In this document: positions 16,109 through 25,497 of the stretch, in pieces
Layout: each line of letters starts with the position of its first letter
Numbering within the stretch: the stretch's first letter is position 1
IMG/VR virus record: IMGVR_UViG_3300042296_000700
Span: 32,001-96,000 of that record
Origin: a virus
Reading direction: 5' to 3' (one strand)
DNA: 64,000 bases
The notes under the pieces: model-generated
What the model was told of the DNA's origin: nothing
The model's database searches: none
The model's input: only the letters and a program-made list of their open reading frames with translations
Program-made: the position numbers and the translations under genes

Positions 16109-16975
16109 ATGCTGGTATCTATTTCTGACCTTTCCATGTATATGGATGTTAGGTTCAGCATTCGTCAAGAAGAGGCTGCTGCATTTATTCTTGAAGGTCT
16201 TCAAAGTGAACTTGAGGGCTACTTGCGTCGTCCTGTGGAACTAACAGATTTTGTAGAGACTTATGTTCTTGAATCAAACTTTGTTGGTGTACCGATGTCG
16301 TCGTTCTTCTCAAATGAGACATCCACGTCAGATGACTCTATTGGGACGGTTACATACGCTCAGCCTCCGCAGACTATCTATATTCGTAATTCTCCAGTTG
16401 TTTCGGTGCAGCAGGTGGCTGTTTCCAGTCTTACCGAAACTGGTCGTGTTCTTGGCGAAGCGGTAAGAAGGACTGCAAACATCACTTCGGTAACTGTCGC
16501 TGGAACAACTGTTACCTATACGGCTGCCAACCACGGTTTTACTGTTGGGCAGAACATTAAGGTAAGTGGTTTGAGTACTGCTGCTTTAAATCTTTCTTCT
16601 AATGTAATTTCTTCTGTTACTACTACTACTTTCACAGTGACACAAACTGGTCTTACTGCGGGAACTTTCGCTCAAACTGGAACAGTGGTTGCAGTCGGAA
16701 ATGATTACACCGTCAGAAGGTATGGAATTGACTTCTATCGTGGTTTTGCTAATGACGTCGTCACCATCTCCTACAAAGCAGGTTTGGCGGGAGATGGCAT
16801 AAAGGTTTTCCGTTTGATGATTCTTCGTGCCGCTACACGCGAAATGCAAAACATGCACGATGACGTTGTAGGTATTAAGGACTTGGAGACAAGAAATGTC
16901 GCTTCCCTTGAAACTGGTTTCCTTGAAAAAGAACTTGCCGCAGTAAAACGCTGGCGACGGAGCCGCGTCTCTTGA
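16109..16975 (+). CDS. Head-tail adaptor/connector with inserted beta-rich module
   Basis: Connector-like N- and C-termini (IEGL-like helix, VTISYKAG, LAAVKRWRR); insert TYTAANHGFTVGQNIKVSG; neck position. Confidence 0.7.
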   Translation: MLVSISDLSMYMDVRFSIRQEEAAAFILEGLQSELEGYLRRPVELTDFVETYVLESNFVGVPMSSFFSNETSTSDDSIGTVTYAQPPQTIYIRNSPVVSVQQVAVSSLTETGRVLGEAVRRTANITSVTVAGTTVTYTAANHGFTVGQNIKVSGLSTAALNLSSNVISSVTTTTFTVTQTGLTAGTFAQTGTVVAVGNDYTVRRYGIDFYRGFANDVVTISYKAGLAGDGIKVFRLMILRAATREMQNMHDDVVGIKDLETRNVASLETGFLEKELAAVKRWRRSRVS

Positions 16976-17430
16976 TTCGCATAAACATTGAATGTGATGC
17001 GGATGATGCCATCAAGTTCCTTGATGGGATGATTGACCGTAGTCAAAATTTTACGGTTGTTTTTCAATGGGCTAAAAGATATTTGGCTAAAGCAAATTCG
17101 GAGAACTTTACTAGTGGTGGGTTGCCTGTTGGTGGTTGGTCTCCTTTGAAGCCTAAGTATTCTGCATGGAAGGCAGTGAGATTCCCCGGCATGCCGCTCA
17201 TGCAGCAAACTGGAAAGTTGTTTCGTGACTTAGCGAGCCTTAATGGTTCCCCTAATGAGATAAATCCAACTAGCGCAACATTCGGAACACGTATTGAATA
17301 TGCTAAATTTCATCAGTATGGGACGACGCGCATGCCGAAGCGAGAAATTGTTTTTGAACCACCATTGTTCGCCAAGGAATTGGCAGAAAAGGCAGCCAAG
17401 CACGTTGTTGGGAAAGCGGGTGCTTTGTAA
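16972..17430 (+). CDS. Virion morphogenesis/neck protein (Mu gpG / P2 gpS-like)
   Basis: WSPLKPKY...LMQQTGKL...FGTRIEYAKFHQYGTTRMPKR. Confidence 0.85.
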   Translation: MIRINIECDADDAIKFLDGMIDRSQNFTVVFQWAKRYLAKANSENFTSGGLPVGGWSPLKPKYSAWKAVRFPGMPLMQQTGKLFRDLASLNGSPNEINPTSATFGTRIEYAKFHQYGTTRMPKREIVFEPPLFAKELAEKAAKHVVGKAGAL

Positions 17431-18026
17431 TGCCTAGTAACGAAGATGTTGTCATGTTTGGCGCCCATTACGCTAAAGAGGTTGTAAATAATTACCTTGA
17501 ATATGATATCCCGCGACGCCTAATCAGATACAGGAATGCATGGGGCGTGGACGACTACGCACTTCCCTCGCCGCAAAAGTATTTGGTGTACGAGCCAATC
17601 GCTCTTGACCATTGGCCGACGCTGATTACCGTTGTTATCTCCACAAATTCATTTGACAGAATGATGAATTATGGTGGCGGTGACCCCCTTTACCGTGTTT
17701 CTTATTCAATGCGAACATACATTTGGGCTAAGACTGAGGGTTCAGAGGAAGTCACGTTGATGCGTGACAGGCTTTCTACTGTCGTCAGGTCTGCGTTGCT
17801 TGACTCGCCTTGCATGAAGGGTCTTTCGCAACCAGTTGTGGATGTAATGCTTGACGAAAGCACGATGAGGGAAGAGTTTTCTGATTTGACGCTCATAAAA
17901 GGCGACCGTGTACTAGCGGGAGCATACATAGGGTATGATTTATACTTGAACGAACTTGTTTACCGTCAACCTATTGGTGAGGTAACAGAGATTGAAACAG
18001 AAACCATCAATATGCGAGGTTTGTAA
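17430..18026 (+). CDS. Putative tail completion/terminator protein
   Basis: Position between neck and sheath; size and alternating beta pattern. Confidence 0.55.
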   Translation: MPSNEDVVMFGAHYAKEVVNNYLEYDIPRRLIRYRNAWGVDDYALPSPQKYLVYEPIALDHWPTLITVVISTNSFDRMMNYGGGDPLYRVSYSMRTYIWAKTEGSEEVTLMRDRLSTVVRSALLDSPCMKGLSQPVVDVMLDESTMREEFSDLTLIKGDRVLAGAYIGYDLYLNELVYRQPIGEVTEIETETINMRGL

Positions 18027-18394
18027 TGGCACAAATTAATGTATGGAACGCGACAAGTCATGTTGTAGTTCTTGACAACGGCGCAATGCTTGACCCAGCG
18101 CAAATTTCATCGGCAGACGGCGACGACGAGGGTATCAAAGCACTTCTTCAAAATGGTGAAATTATCAACGTAGACGCCGTGGAAGAGGCTCCCCAGCCAC
18201 TGCCAAGTGTTGAAGAGATGAATGAGGATTCGGCAAAATATGCCGCAAAATCAAAATCTACAAAATCAAAACGGAATGTTTCTGAAGATACTGAAGTCAG
18301 CGAAGAAAATACAGTACAATTACTTAGCGATTCAAACAACGAAGTTGAAAATGAGACACCGTCTGATTCAATACTTCCTGAAGATAGCGAATGA
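18026..18394 (+). CDS. Small acidic protein preceding the sheath
   Basis: TAATG coupling; typical pre-sheath small ORF. Confidence 0.65.
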   Translation: MAQINVWNATSHVVVLDNGAMLDPAQISSADGDDEGIKALLQNGEIINVDAVEEAPQPLPSVEEMNEDSAKYAAKSKSTKSKRNVSEDTEVSEENTVQLLSDSNNEVENETPSDSILPEDSE

Positions 18395-18456
18395 CTTGAG
18401 TATAATCACTCAAAGAAGAATTCATTAGAGTTTTCAATTAGCACGGAGGATGGCGA

Positions 18457-19935
18457 ATGCCTGGTGTACAAATTACAACTGCAGTACGTACAGGGCCTGC
18501 AGTAACTGGTACTGCTCCCGACTCAACATTTTTTATTGTTGGTCGTACGGAGCGAGGGACAGACTCTGGGGCTAAACTCGTAACTAGTCTTGATGAGTAC
18601 GTAACGTACTTTGGTGGCTACGTAGCCGACCAGTACACTTACTCAAGTGTTCGCACGTTCTTTGAAGAGGGTGGAGCAAATTGCTACGTCTCTCGCGCAT
18701 CTGCTGCTGACGGCGTTGCTGCCTTCCGTGACTGCGCCGCCGCAACAGGCGGAATCAAACTTACTGCTGTCGGCAAGGGAACATGGGGCAATAATATCGG
18801 CATTCTTGTTACCGTCGCTGGTGGCACGATGGCTGTCACGTTAACCTACGGAGCAACCCCTGTAACATTTTTCTCTGTAACCGTCAGCAGCATTGCTGAA
18901 CTTGTTACAGCATTAGAGAACGACCTTGTCGCCCCTAACTATGTTTCTGTTGCGCTTCTCGCTTCAACAAACACAAGCACCCTCCTCACAACGATGGCTA
19001 CAGCAGGTTCACTTGCAACTGGTTCTGACGGCGCCATTGCTCTTACCGATTACACCGCCGCACTTGGCGACTTCACCGAAGAACTCGGTGGCGGATGTGT
19101 AGCAATCCCAGGTGTCGCTACTGGCACAATCGGCACAGACGACGATGTCTATGAAGCAATCAAGACACACGCCATGCAGTTCAACCGCATCGGTCTCTGT
19201 TCTTTCGCAAGCGGAGCATCAGATTCAGCGGTTCGTACGAACTCAACAACGTACGGCGCTTCTGACAACACTGGTCACGAATACCTTGCATTCTTCTACC
19301 CATGGGTAACAATCCCATCAGGTACTGGCGTCACACTCACCATTCCGCCTGAAGGATATGTTGCAGCCGTACGGTCAAAGACACAGAACTCAACTGGTTC
19401 ATGGAAAGCGTATGCTGGTGTTGCTTCAAATGCACGATTCGTCACTGGAATCGCTACCGCCATCAGTGCAACCACTGGCGACCTGCTTGACGCAGCACGC
19501 GTCAACGCACTTCGTGTGATTTCTAACGACATCCGCATCTACGGTGCCCGTTCACACTCAACGGTGACTGCACAGTGGCGTTTCATCACGGCACGTGAAG
19601 TTATCAACTATGTGGTCAACCAAGCCAACATCGCTCTTGAGCCGCTCGTTTTCTCAACAATTGATGGTCGTAAGACGATTTATGCTGACGTTACTGCAGC
19701 ACTTCAGTCAGTGCTTGAACCAGTCCGTATCGCTGGAGGCTTGTACGAAGGCTTCAACGCTGCTGGCAAGCGCCTTGACTACGGTTACACCATCAAGGTT
19801 GATGACGCTCTGAACCCTGCAAGTCAACTGGAAACAGGACTTATCAAGGCTCAGGTCGGTATCCGAGTCTCCACTATTGGTGACAAGATTACTGTCAATA
19901 TCGTTAAGTCAAACCTGACAACCGCTCTGGTATAA
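18457..19935 (+). CDS. Contractile tail sheath protein
   Basis: MPGVQI, F+VGRTERG, FFEEGGANCYVSR, GTWGNNI, FYPWV...PPEGYVAA, RVNALR...IYGARS...WRFI. Confidence 0.95.
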   Translation: MPGVQITTAVRTGPAVTGTAPDSTFFIVGRTERGTDSGAKLVTSLDEYVTYFGGYVADQYTYSSVRTFFEEGGANCYVSRASAADGVAAFRDCAAATGGIKLTAVGKGTWGNNIGILVTVAGGTMAVTLTYGATPVTFFSVTVSSIAELVTALENDLVAPNYVSVALLASTNTSTLLTTMATAGSLATGSDGAIALTDYTAALGDFTEELGGGCVAIPGVATGTIGTDDDVYEAIKTHAMQFNRIGLCSFASGASDSAVRTNSTTYGASDNTGHEYLAFFYPWVTIPSGTGVTLTIPPEGYVAAVRSKTQNSTGSWKAYAGVASNARFVTGIATAISATTGDLLDAARVNALRVISNDIRIYGARSHSTVTAQWRFITAREVINYVVNQANIALEPLVFSTIDGRKTIYADVTAALQSVLEPVRIAGGLYEGFNAAGKRLDYGYTIKVDDALNPASQLETGLIKAQVGIRVSTIGDKITVNIVKSNLTTALV

Positions 19936-19945
19936 CGGAGGAAAA

Positions 19946-20410
19946 ATGCCTGATTCAATGCGTAAACTCGCAGCACAACGCCAGATTGTGGCGAAGATTG
20001 CACCAAGTGTCTCTGGCACTGGTCAACTCTTTGCCGACTACTTCACACAGGTTTCTGGTGGAGAGATTTCCGCTTCCGTGGAAAAGGTCTACCACGGCAA
20101 GTCGTTGTTCCCTGAGACACTGTGTGCCCCAGCAGAAATTGGCGACATCACCGTTACTGGCTATGTCTCCTATGACTCTTCGTTTCTTGTCAAGTTGCAA
20201 GACCTCCGTCAACTGGTAGGTCGTATCTATTACGATATTACTGTTCAAATATTTGACTGTGACCTTAGTGTTCCTGGTGCTGACCGCTTCTACTCCAAGG
20301 CTCTCCTTGTTGGTTTGAGCGAAGGCGAAGGCGATGCCTCCTCGGGAACTCCAGCAACTTTTGCGCTGACCTTCAGTATTTCAACTGTTTCTGTTCCAGC
20401 AACAGCATAA
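19946..20410 (+). CDS. Tail tube protein
   Basis: 154 aa directly after the sheath; FTQVSGGE, DITVT, FALTFSI. Confidence 0.8.
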   Translation: MPDSMRKLAAQRQIVAKIAPSVSGTGQLFADYFTQVSGGEISASVEKVYHGKSLFPETLCAPAEIGDITVTGYVSYDSSFLVKLQDLRQLVGRIYYDITVQIFDCDLSVPGADRFYSKALLVGLSEGEGDASSGTPATFALTFSISTVSVPATA

Positions 20411-20430
20411 TTTTTTAAGGCAAGTTGCAC

Positions 20431-20458
20431 TTGCGCTCAAGAAATATAGTGCTAGGCT
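20431..20458 (+). promoter_or_regulatory. Candidate promoter for a leaderless mRNA
   Basis: TTGCGC-N16-TAGGCT with TGn extension; ATG begins after a 6-nt gap; no SD. Confidence 0.5.
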
Positions 20459-20464
20459 CACGGC

Positions 20465-20983
20465 ATGGATGAAAACAACTCATATTCAATCGTAAGCAAT
20501 ATCCCTAGTGATACAAGCGACGAATCGTCAAACAATGTGCTGGCTGCTCTTAAGGCTGTTATCAGCAAGAGCGTAAAACGCCCTGACATTTATATTGAGA
20601 TTCCAGAACGCCCAGGCGTTTCTGTGCGTGTTTCACCGAATATCACACAGCAACAGTTGAAAGCATGGCGCAAAAACGCTGGCGATGACACTAAGGCTGG
20701 AATGGACACCGTCAAGTTTGCTTGTGCCGTTATTGGTCATACGACAACTGGCATCGCTTTCAACAACGAAATTGTTAGCGATGACCGTGGAACTGCTGTC
20801 ACTTTCGCTTCGCCAGAAATCCTTGCGATGACGAACACGACACGCCCACTGCCAGATTGTGTAAAAGCATTCTTTGGTATTGAGCCTCACGTTGAAGCAG
20901 CCGCTGTAGCCATCATGGAGGCTTCAGGTTACGGAGATACGGTGGAAACCGCGGACCCTACGAGGACGTCCTCTTCAGACTGA
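20465..20983 (+). CDS. Tail assembly chaperone (gpG-like)
   Basis: Between tube and tape measure; ends ...ADPTRTSSSD. Confidence 0.75.
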   Translation: MDENNSYSIVSNIPSDTSDESSNNVLAALKAVISKSVKRPDIYIEIPERPGVSVRVSPNITQQQLKAWRKNAGDDTKAGMDTVKFACAVIGHTTTGIAFNNEIVSDDRGTAVTFASPEILAMTNTTRPLPDCVKAFFGIEPHVEAAAVAIMEASGYGDTVETADPTRTSSSD

Positions 20984-21162
20984 CTGAGGACGTCAGAATA
21001 GTAAATGCCGCCCGTTTGGGTGAATTATTTGGGACAGACCCCATAGCGTTGCTCAACTGCTCAGAAGATGAGTGGCTCATAAGATTTGCCTGTGCTAAAG
21101 TTATAGAGCAAGACCGTGAGCGACAGGCTAAAGAGTCTGAAAGAACTCGTGGTAAATTTTAA
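20956..21162 (+). CDS. -1 frame extension of the tail assembly chaperone (gpGT-like, programmed frameshift)
   Basis: The -1 frame is open to TAA 21162 with no ATG (PYEDVLFRLTEDVRIVNAARLGELFGTDPIALL...KF). GAC CCT A is followed by a 9-bp hairpin (20965-20994). Confidence 0.7.
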   Translation, partial: PYEDVLFRLTEDVRIVNAARLGELFGTDPIALLNCSEDEWLIRFACAKVIEQDRERQAKESERTRGKF

Positions 21163-21186
21163 ATAGTTTACGCTTTTGGGGTTCGC

Positions 21187-24100
21187 ATGGCTGAGCAAGT
21201 CACCATTAAAATTAATGTAAAGGCTGACACTGCTGCTATTGAACGCCTCAGGGCACAGTTAAAGTCGCTTTGCCGTGAAGCCGACGATTGTAGCGACACT
21301 TTTGACAAGTACTCCAAAGGACTAAACACCACTAGTACTAGCCAAAAGAAGTTGACAAATACCACAGATGACAACTCTTCAGCAATAAAAAGATTGTCTG
21401 GCGCTACACGTGGGGCAGGGAACGATAACCGCAAGTTTGGCAAGAGCATGGGGATGCTATCCAAGGTTGGAAAATTTTTTGGCAACATGCTCATGGGAGT
21501 AGCCAAGTTAGGTTTTAAATATCTTGCTATTGAAGCGGCTCTCGCGGCAGCAGTTATTGCCTCATCCGTAGTCTGGTTTAAGGTCGCTAGTGCTTCCGCT
21601 AAAGGCTATCAGATGGCTGTTGCAGGTGCTGGATACGCTTTAACGGTGTTTGCTGCGGCTGGGTCGGCATTTCTGGCTGCTCAAGAACAATTTGCCTCCG
21701 TTCAATTTGCCCCCATGTTCACCGAAGGATTAGTGAACACTAGCGACAAGTTTGAAGCAGCGAACCTTGCTATGAAGTCGTTTGTTAACGATTCGCAACT
21801 GGCAGTTTTTGGCACTAAAGCATTGTCGGGTGCATTTGCTGAAATGGCAAAAAACTTAGACGGTCAGAAACTTGGTCAAGCCACTGGCGCCCTGAGGCAA
21901 ATGGGAAATGTTGCTGCTGGCATGGGCGGGGATATTGGTAAGAACTTTGGTGACGTATCCAAGTTTGTTACCTCGTTCATGAAGGAAGGAAAATTAACCG
22001 ACAAGGTTAAGACGCAGGGTGAAGAACTTAGTCCGATATTCAAAAAAGTTATGGAAGAGCAAGTCAAGGCTGGCAACACGACTTATGAAAAGTTTATGGC
22101 GACGGTTGGGGACAACGAGACATTTAAGGAAGCATACGGCGGACAATTAGATGCGTTGAATGACACCGTTGTGGGTCGTTTCAAGTCTGCTATTACAGAA
22201 ATTAAAAAGAGTTTTACTTCTATGGGTGCACCTATGCTCGGTCCTCTCACTAAGGCTATTGGTAAAATTAAGAATCTTATTTTGGCGATGTTGATACGTG
22301 TCCGTGGAAGTGTTGAGGAGGTTGGTTCGGGGAGCCTTCTTAACGGACTGATTAAAGGGGTGGAAAAACTTACTCTCCTTATGGGGCGGATGATGACATC
22401 CGACATGGCGCAGGCTGGTGGTGCTGTTGATAAAATAAAAAACGGGTGGAAGTCTGTTCTCAGGGTTTTTGAAAAAATTTCTGATTATCTGCGTCCTTTG
22501 CAGGAATCGGCACGAGTTCTGTTTGCTGCTCTGCAACCCATTCTTGGTGCGCTGTTTGGGAATCTTGATAACACAATTCAAGGCTTGTCTAAATCACTTA
22601 TTGACAACAAAGACAAGTTCATTCAGTTCACCACAGGTATTGCCAACTTTATTAAACAGGTCGGCGCATTCGGCATGGTGATAAAAGATATTTTCATTTC
22701 GGCTATGCCATTTTTGAGCATAATGTTAAGTACTTTTACGTTGATTTTTAAGGCTGTAACTAATTTAGTTGACGCAATAATGGACCTTTCTGGACCTCTA
22801 GATGTTATTGCTGGTCCGATGCTTGCTATTGCTGGCATCGCTGGCGTCATGGGTGGAAAGGCATTATTTAAAGGCGCTGGAGGAGCCACGGGCTTGTTGG
22901 GCAAAGGGATGCAGAAGGCAGGTGGCGGAGGGGCGCTATCAAAAATTGGGGGTGCGGTCGCAACTAATGCGGCAACGATGACTGTTAATGCTGGTGTCGT
23001 GAATGTTTTGGGAGGTGCTGCAGGGGCGGCGGCAAGTTCAGCAGCAGACCTTGCTACTGGCGGAGGCAAGGCTGGCAAAGGTGGAATGTTGTCAAGAGTG
23101 AAAGGTTTTTTGAAGGGACCTGGAAAATTAGCGAAGATTGGCAAAGTGGCTGGTCCAGCCGCTTTATTGGCTGCTGGTGCTTATGGTGCTCACAAGATTG
23201 GCGACTTCGCAGGTAGTAAATTTAAAGACAACTCAATCAAGTCAAAGGCAGGCGGTGCGCTTACTGGTGCGGCAGGCGGAGCAGCGATTGGTGCAGCAGT
23301 TGGGTCAGTAGTACCAGTTGTTGGTACTGCCATGGGTGCAGTCGTTGGAGGAATTATTGGCGGTGTAAGCGGCTGGTTCTCGGCAGGAAAAAATAAAACA
23401 AAAGCCCAAAAAGCGGCAAAGAATATGGTGGAGTCTTACACGAGCGCGGTTGACGAGGCTTTCGCAGACGGTGATGTTGATGCTCTACTAGAGTTAAAAG
23501 ACGGAATGTTGGCACAAATCGCGGAGTCTGCTGCGGGGGACATAGAGGTATACAACGCGGAAATTGCAAAACTCCAACCCGAATTAGACAAAATCAATAA
23601 TCGCATAGAAAAGTTCTCGTCAAACGCCGAACAAATGGCTAAATGGCTTGGCATAGATGGCGACAAAATGAACGAACTGACCGAAAAATTTGGTTTCCAA
23701 TTCCAAACCAGATTTGTCAGCATTTTTGAAGTCATTGGCAGGGCAGGCGAAGAACTTGGTACTGACCTCGCCACGTTCTTTAAAGATGTCATTGACGAAA
23801 TGAATCAGAAACAGAACGCTGGAATTTTGGATTTGATGGACCAGCCAGCAAAAATTGCTGCACTTGGTAAGGAAGTTGATGCCTCGCAAGCCGCATATAT
23901 GAGCGGCGACAACACTGATGAAGCAAAAGATAAACTAATCAAAGACCAATATGCGTATGCCTTAGAACAAACTGGTGGCGATGCGATGAAGGCTCTCGCT
24001 TTAACTCAAGACATGTTTAAGCAAGGTGACTTAGCGGGGGGCGCATACGAGGGTAAGGGTCAGGCTCTCCTAGACCGCATGGGTGCGGGTGGAATGGGTC

Positions 24101-24678
24101 TACTGGGCGACAGTACGGAAAGTAGGCAGAACCTAGTTAACTTGGCTAGAGATTCTGGTTCGGTAAGTCTTGGTGCGACGCAAGTTGCTGGATTGTCGGG
24201 GATTGACCAAAAGTCTGCAGAAAACCTGATGTTGAATCAGATTGCTACGGGTGGCATTGATGCAGCCATGATGCAGCAAGAGTTGGTGAAGAGTTATGCT
24301 TTGACTGCAGCAGGTGAAAAGGGCGGTATATCTCAGCAAGATTTCTTGACAGGTTTGAGTGGTGGAATTGAGCAACTCACGGCAATGACTAATAAGGCGA
24401 TGGAATTGCAATCGTATAGTGACCCGACTTATGGGGGTGGCGGAGTTTTGATGAACGCACCTGTTGCTCCTGGCTCTTTATCAACTGGTACTGACGTGCT
24501 TAAACCGACTACGGCTACACAGACGATTACTGTTGGGGAAACGAAGGTTCAGGTTAGTGGCATTATGAGTCCGAGTGAAGCGCAACTGATTGCTAACGCG
24601 ATTATGAAGACGCAAACTGGCCTTTGGGAACGCATACGCTCTGGCACTCTTATTGGCAAACCGTTGCCAGTGGAATAA
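21187..24678 (+). CDS. Tape measure protein
   Basis: 1163 aa, helical A/G-rich, hydrophobic segments, GAAIGAAVGSVVPVVGTAMGA glycine zipper, canonical position. Confidence 0.92.
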   Translation: MAEQVTIKINVKADTAAIERLRAQLKSLCREADDCSDTFDKYSKGLNTTSTSQKKLTNTTDDNSSAIKRLSGATRGAGNDNRKFGKSMGMLSKVGKFFGNMLMGVAKLGFKYLAIEAALAAAVIASSVVWFKVASASAKGYQMAVAGAGYALTVFAAAGSAFLAAQEQFASVQFAPMFTEGLVNTSDKFEAANLAMKSFVNDSQLAVFGTKALSGAFAEMAKNLDGQKLGQATGALRQMGNVAAGMGGDIGKNFGDVSKFVTSFMKEGKLTDKVKTQGEELSPIFKKVMEEQVKAGNTTYEKFMATVGDNETFKEAYGGQLDALNDTVVGRFKSAITEIKKSFTSMGAPMLGPLTKAIGKIKNLILAMLIRVRGSVEEVGSGSLLNGLIKGVEKLTLLMGRMMTSDMAQAGGAVDKIKNGWKSVLRVFEKISDYLRPLQESARVLFAALQPILGALFGNLDNTIQGLSKSLIDNKDKFIQFTTGIANFIKQVGAFGMVIKDIFISAMPFLSIMLSTFTLIFKAVTNLVDAIMDLSGPLDVIAGPMLAIAGIAGVMGGKALFKGAGGATGLLGKGMQKAGGGGALSKIGGAVATNAATMTVNAGVVNVLGGAAGAAASSAADLATGGGKAGKGGMLSRVKGFLKGPGKLAKIGKVAGPAALLAAGAYGAHKIGDFAGSKFKDNSIKSKAGGALTGAAGGAAIGAAVGSVVPVVGTAMGAVVGGIIGGVSGWFSAGKNKTKAQKAAKNMVESYTSAVDEAFADGDVDALLELKDGMLAQIAESAAGDIEVYNAEIAKLQPELDKINNRIEKFSSNAEQMAKWLGIDGDKMNELTEKFGFQFQTRFVSIFEVIGRAGEELGTDLATFFKDVIDEMNQKQNAGILDLMDQPAKIAALGKEVDASQAAYMSGDNTDEAKDKLIKDQYAYALEQTGGDAMKALALTQDMFKQGDLAGGAYEGKGQALLDRMGAGGMGLLGDSTESRQNLVNLARDSGSVSLGATQVAGLSGIDQKSAENLMLNQIATGGIDAAMMQQELVKSYALTAAGEKGGISQQDFLTGLSGGIEQLTAMTNKAMELQSYSDPTYGGGGVLMNAPVAPGSLSTGTDVLKPTTATQTITVGETKVQVSGIMSPSEAQLIANAIMKTQTGLWERIRSGTLIGKPLPVE

Positions 24679-24686
24679 GGAATATA

Positions 24687-25487
24687 ATGGCTTATCAAAT
24701 TGACAACACAAGAAATGCCACGCGCACTATTGGTACAACGGCAAGAGCAAAACTTGGTACAAAAGTCGTCAAAATTCAGCGCAGCAACATTTCTAAAGCG
24801 ATAAATCTTGACGAAAATAGAACTACTGCTTTCATGCGATTATTGCCAATTCAGGGCGAAGACACGATTTACGAATTTCATTTCCCGTTTTCTCCTATCA
24901 ATATTTCTTATGATGGTTTATCAAACGAAATAGCAGAGATTGACAGACCTGGTGCAACTTCAATTCTTGCTTTCAAAAAACATCAATTGATGAAAGTTTC
25001 TTTTGATTTCGTTGTTGCTGTACCATATGACGGAATAACCACTTCAATTGACTCAGACTTGTTTCTTTTGCGTACGATGGCTGAGCATACGACTCGTCCT
25101 GTCCGTGTTTTTAATCTTGACCAAATGTTTGAGCGCACGGCGCGGCGTAGGTATCAACCCGCAAATACTCGGCATAGGTCATATCAGACGAAATTTCGTA
25201 TTGCCGAGTTAAACTTCACGAGTGTTAAAAGGAACATGGCGGGGAAAATTACTCAGGCTGACTGCAAGATTACATTGATTGAAGACGTGAACCCTAAAAT
25301 TGATGTCGCGCTCATCCCAAGGTTTGTGCCGCCACCAACAATTCCCAAAAAGACCACTAAGACACCCCCACCAGGTAGCAAGAAGGGTCATCCGAAGGCT
25401 TCCACTGGTACTGACGCTATGGCTAAATCAAACTTCCCATGGGTTGTTAAACCAGTAGTGCGAACTGTCGGCCCACGAGACCGTTAG
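24687..25487 (+). CDS. Tail tube initiator / baseplate-proximal protein
   Basis: FPFSPINISY...EIDRPG..., FRIAELNF...ITQADCKITLIE; follows the tape measure; start ATG 24687. Confidence 0.7.
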   Translation: MAYQIDNTRNATRTIGTTARAKLGTKVVKIQRSNISKAINLDENRTTAFMRLLPIQGEDTIYEFHFPFSPINISYDGLSNEIAEIDRPGATSILAFKKHQLMKVSFDFVVAVPYDGITTSIDSDLFLLRTMAEHTTRPVRVFNLDQMFERTARRRYQPANTRHRSYQTKFRIAELNFTSVKRNMAGKITQADCKITLIEDVNPKIDVALIPRFVPPPTIPKKTTKTPPPGSKKGHPKASTGTDAMAKSNFPWVVKPVVRTVGPRDR

Positions 25488-25497
25488 TGTGTGAAAA

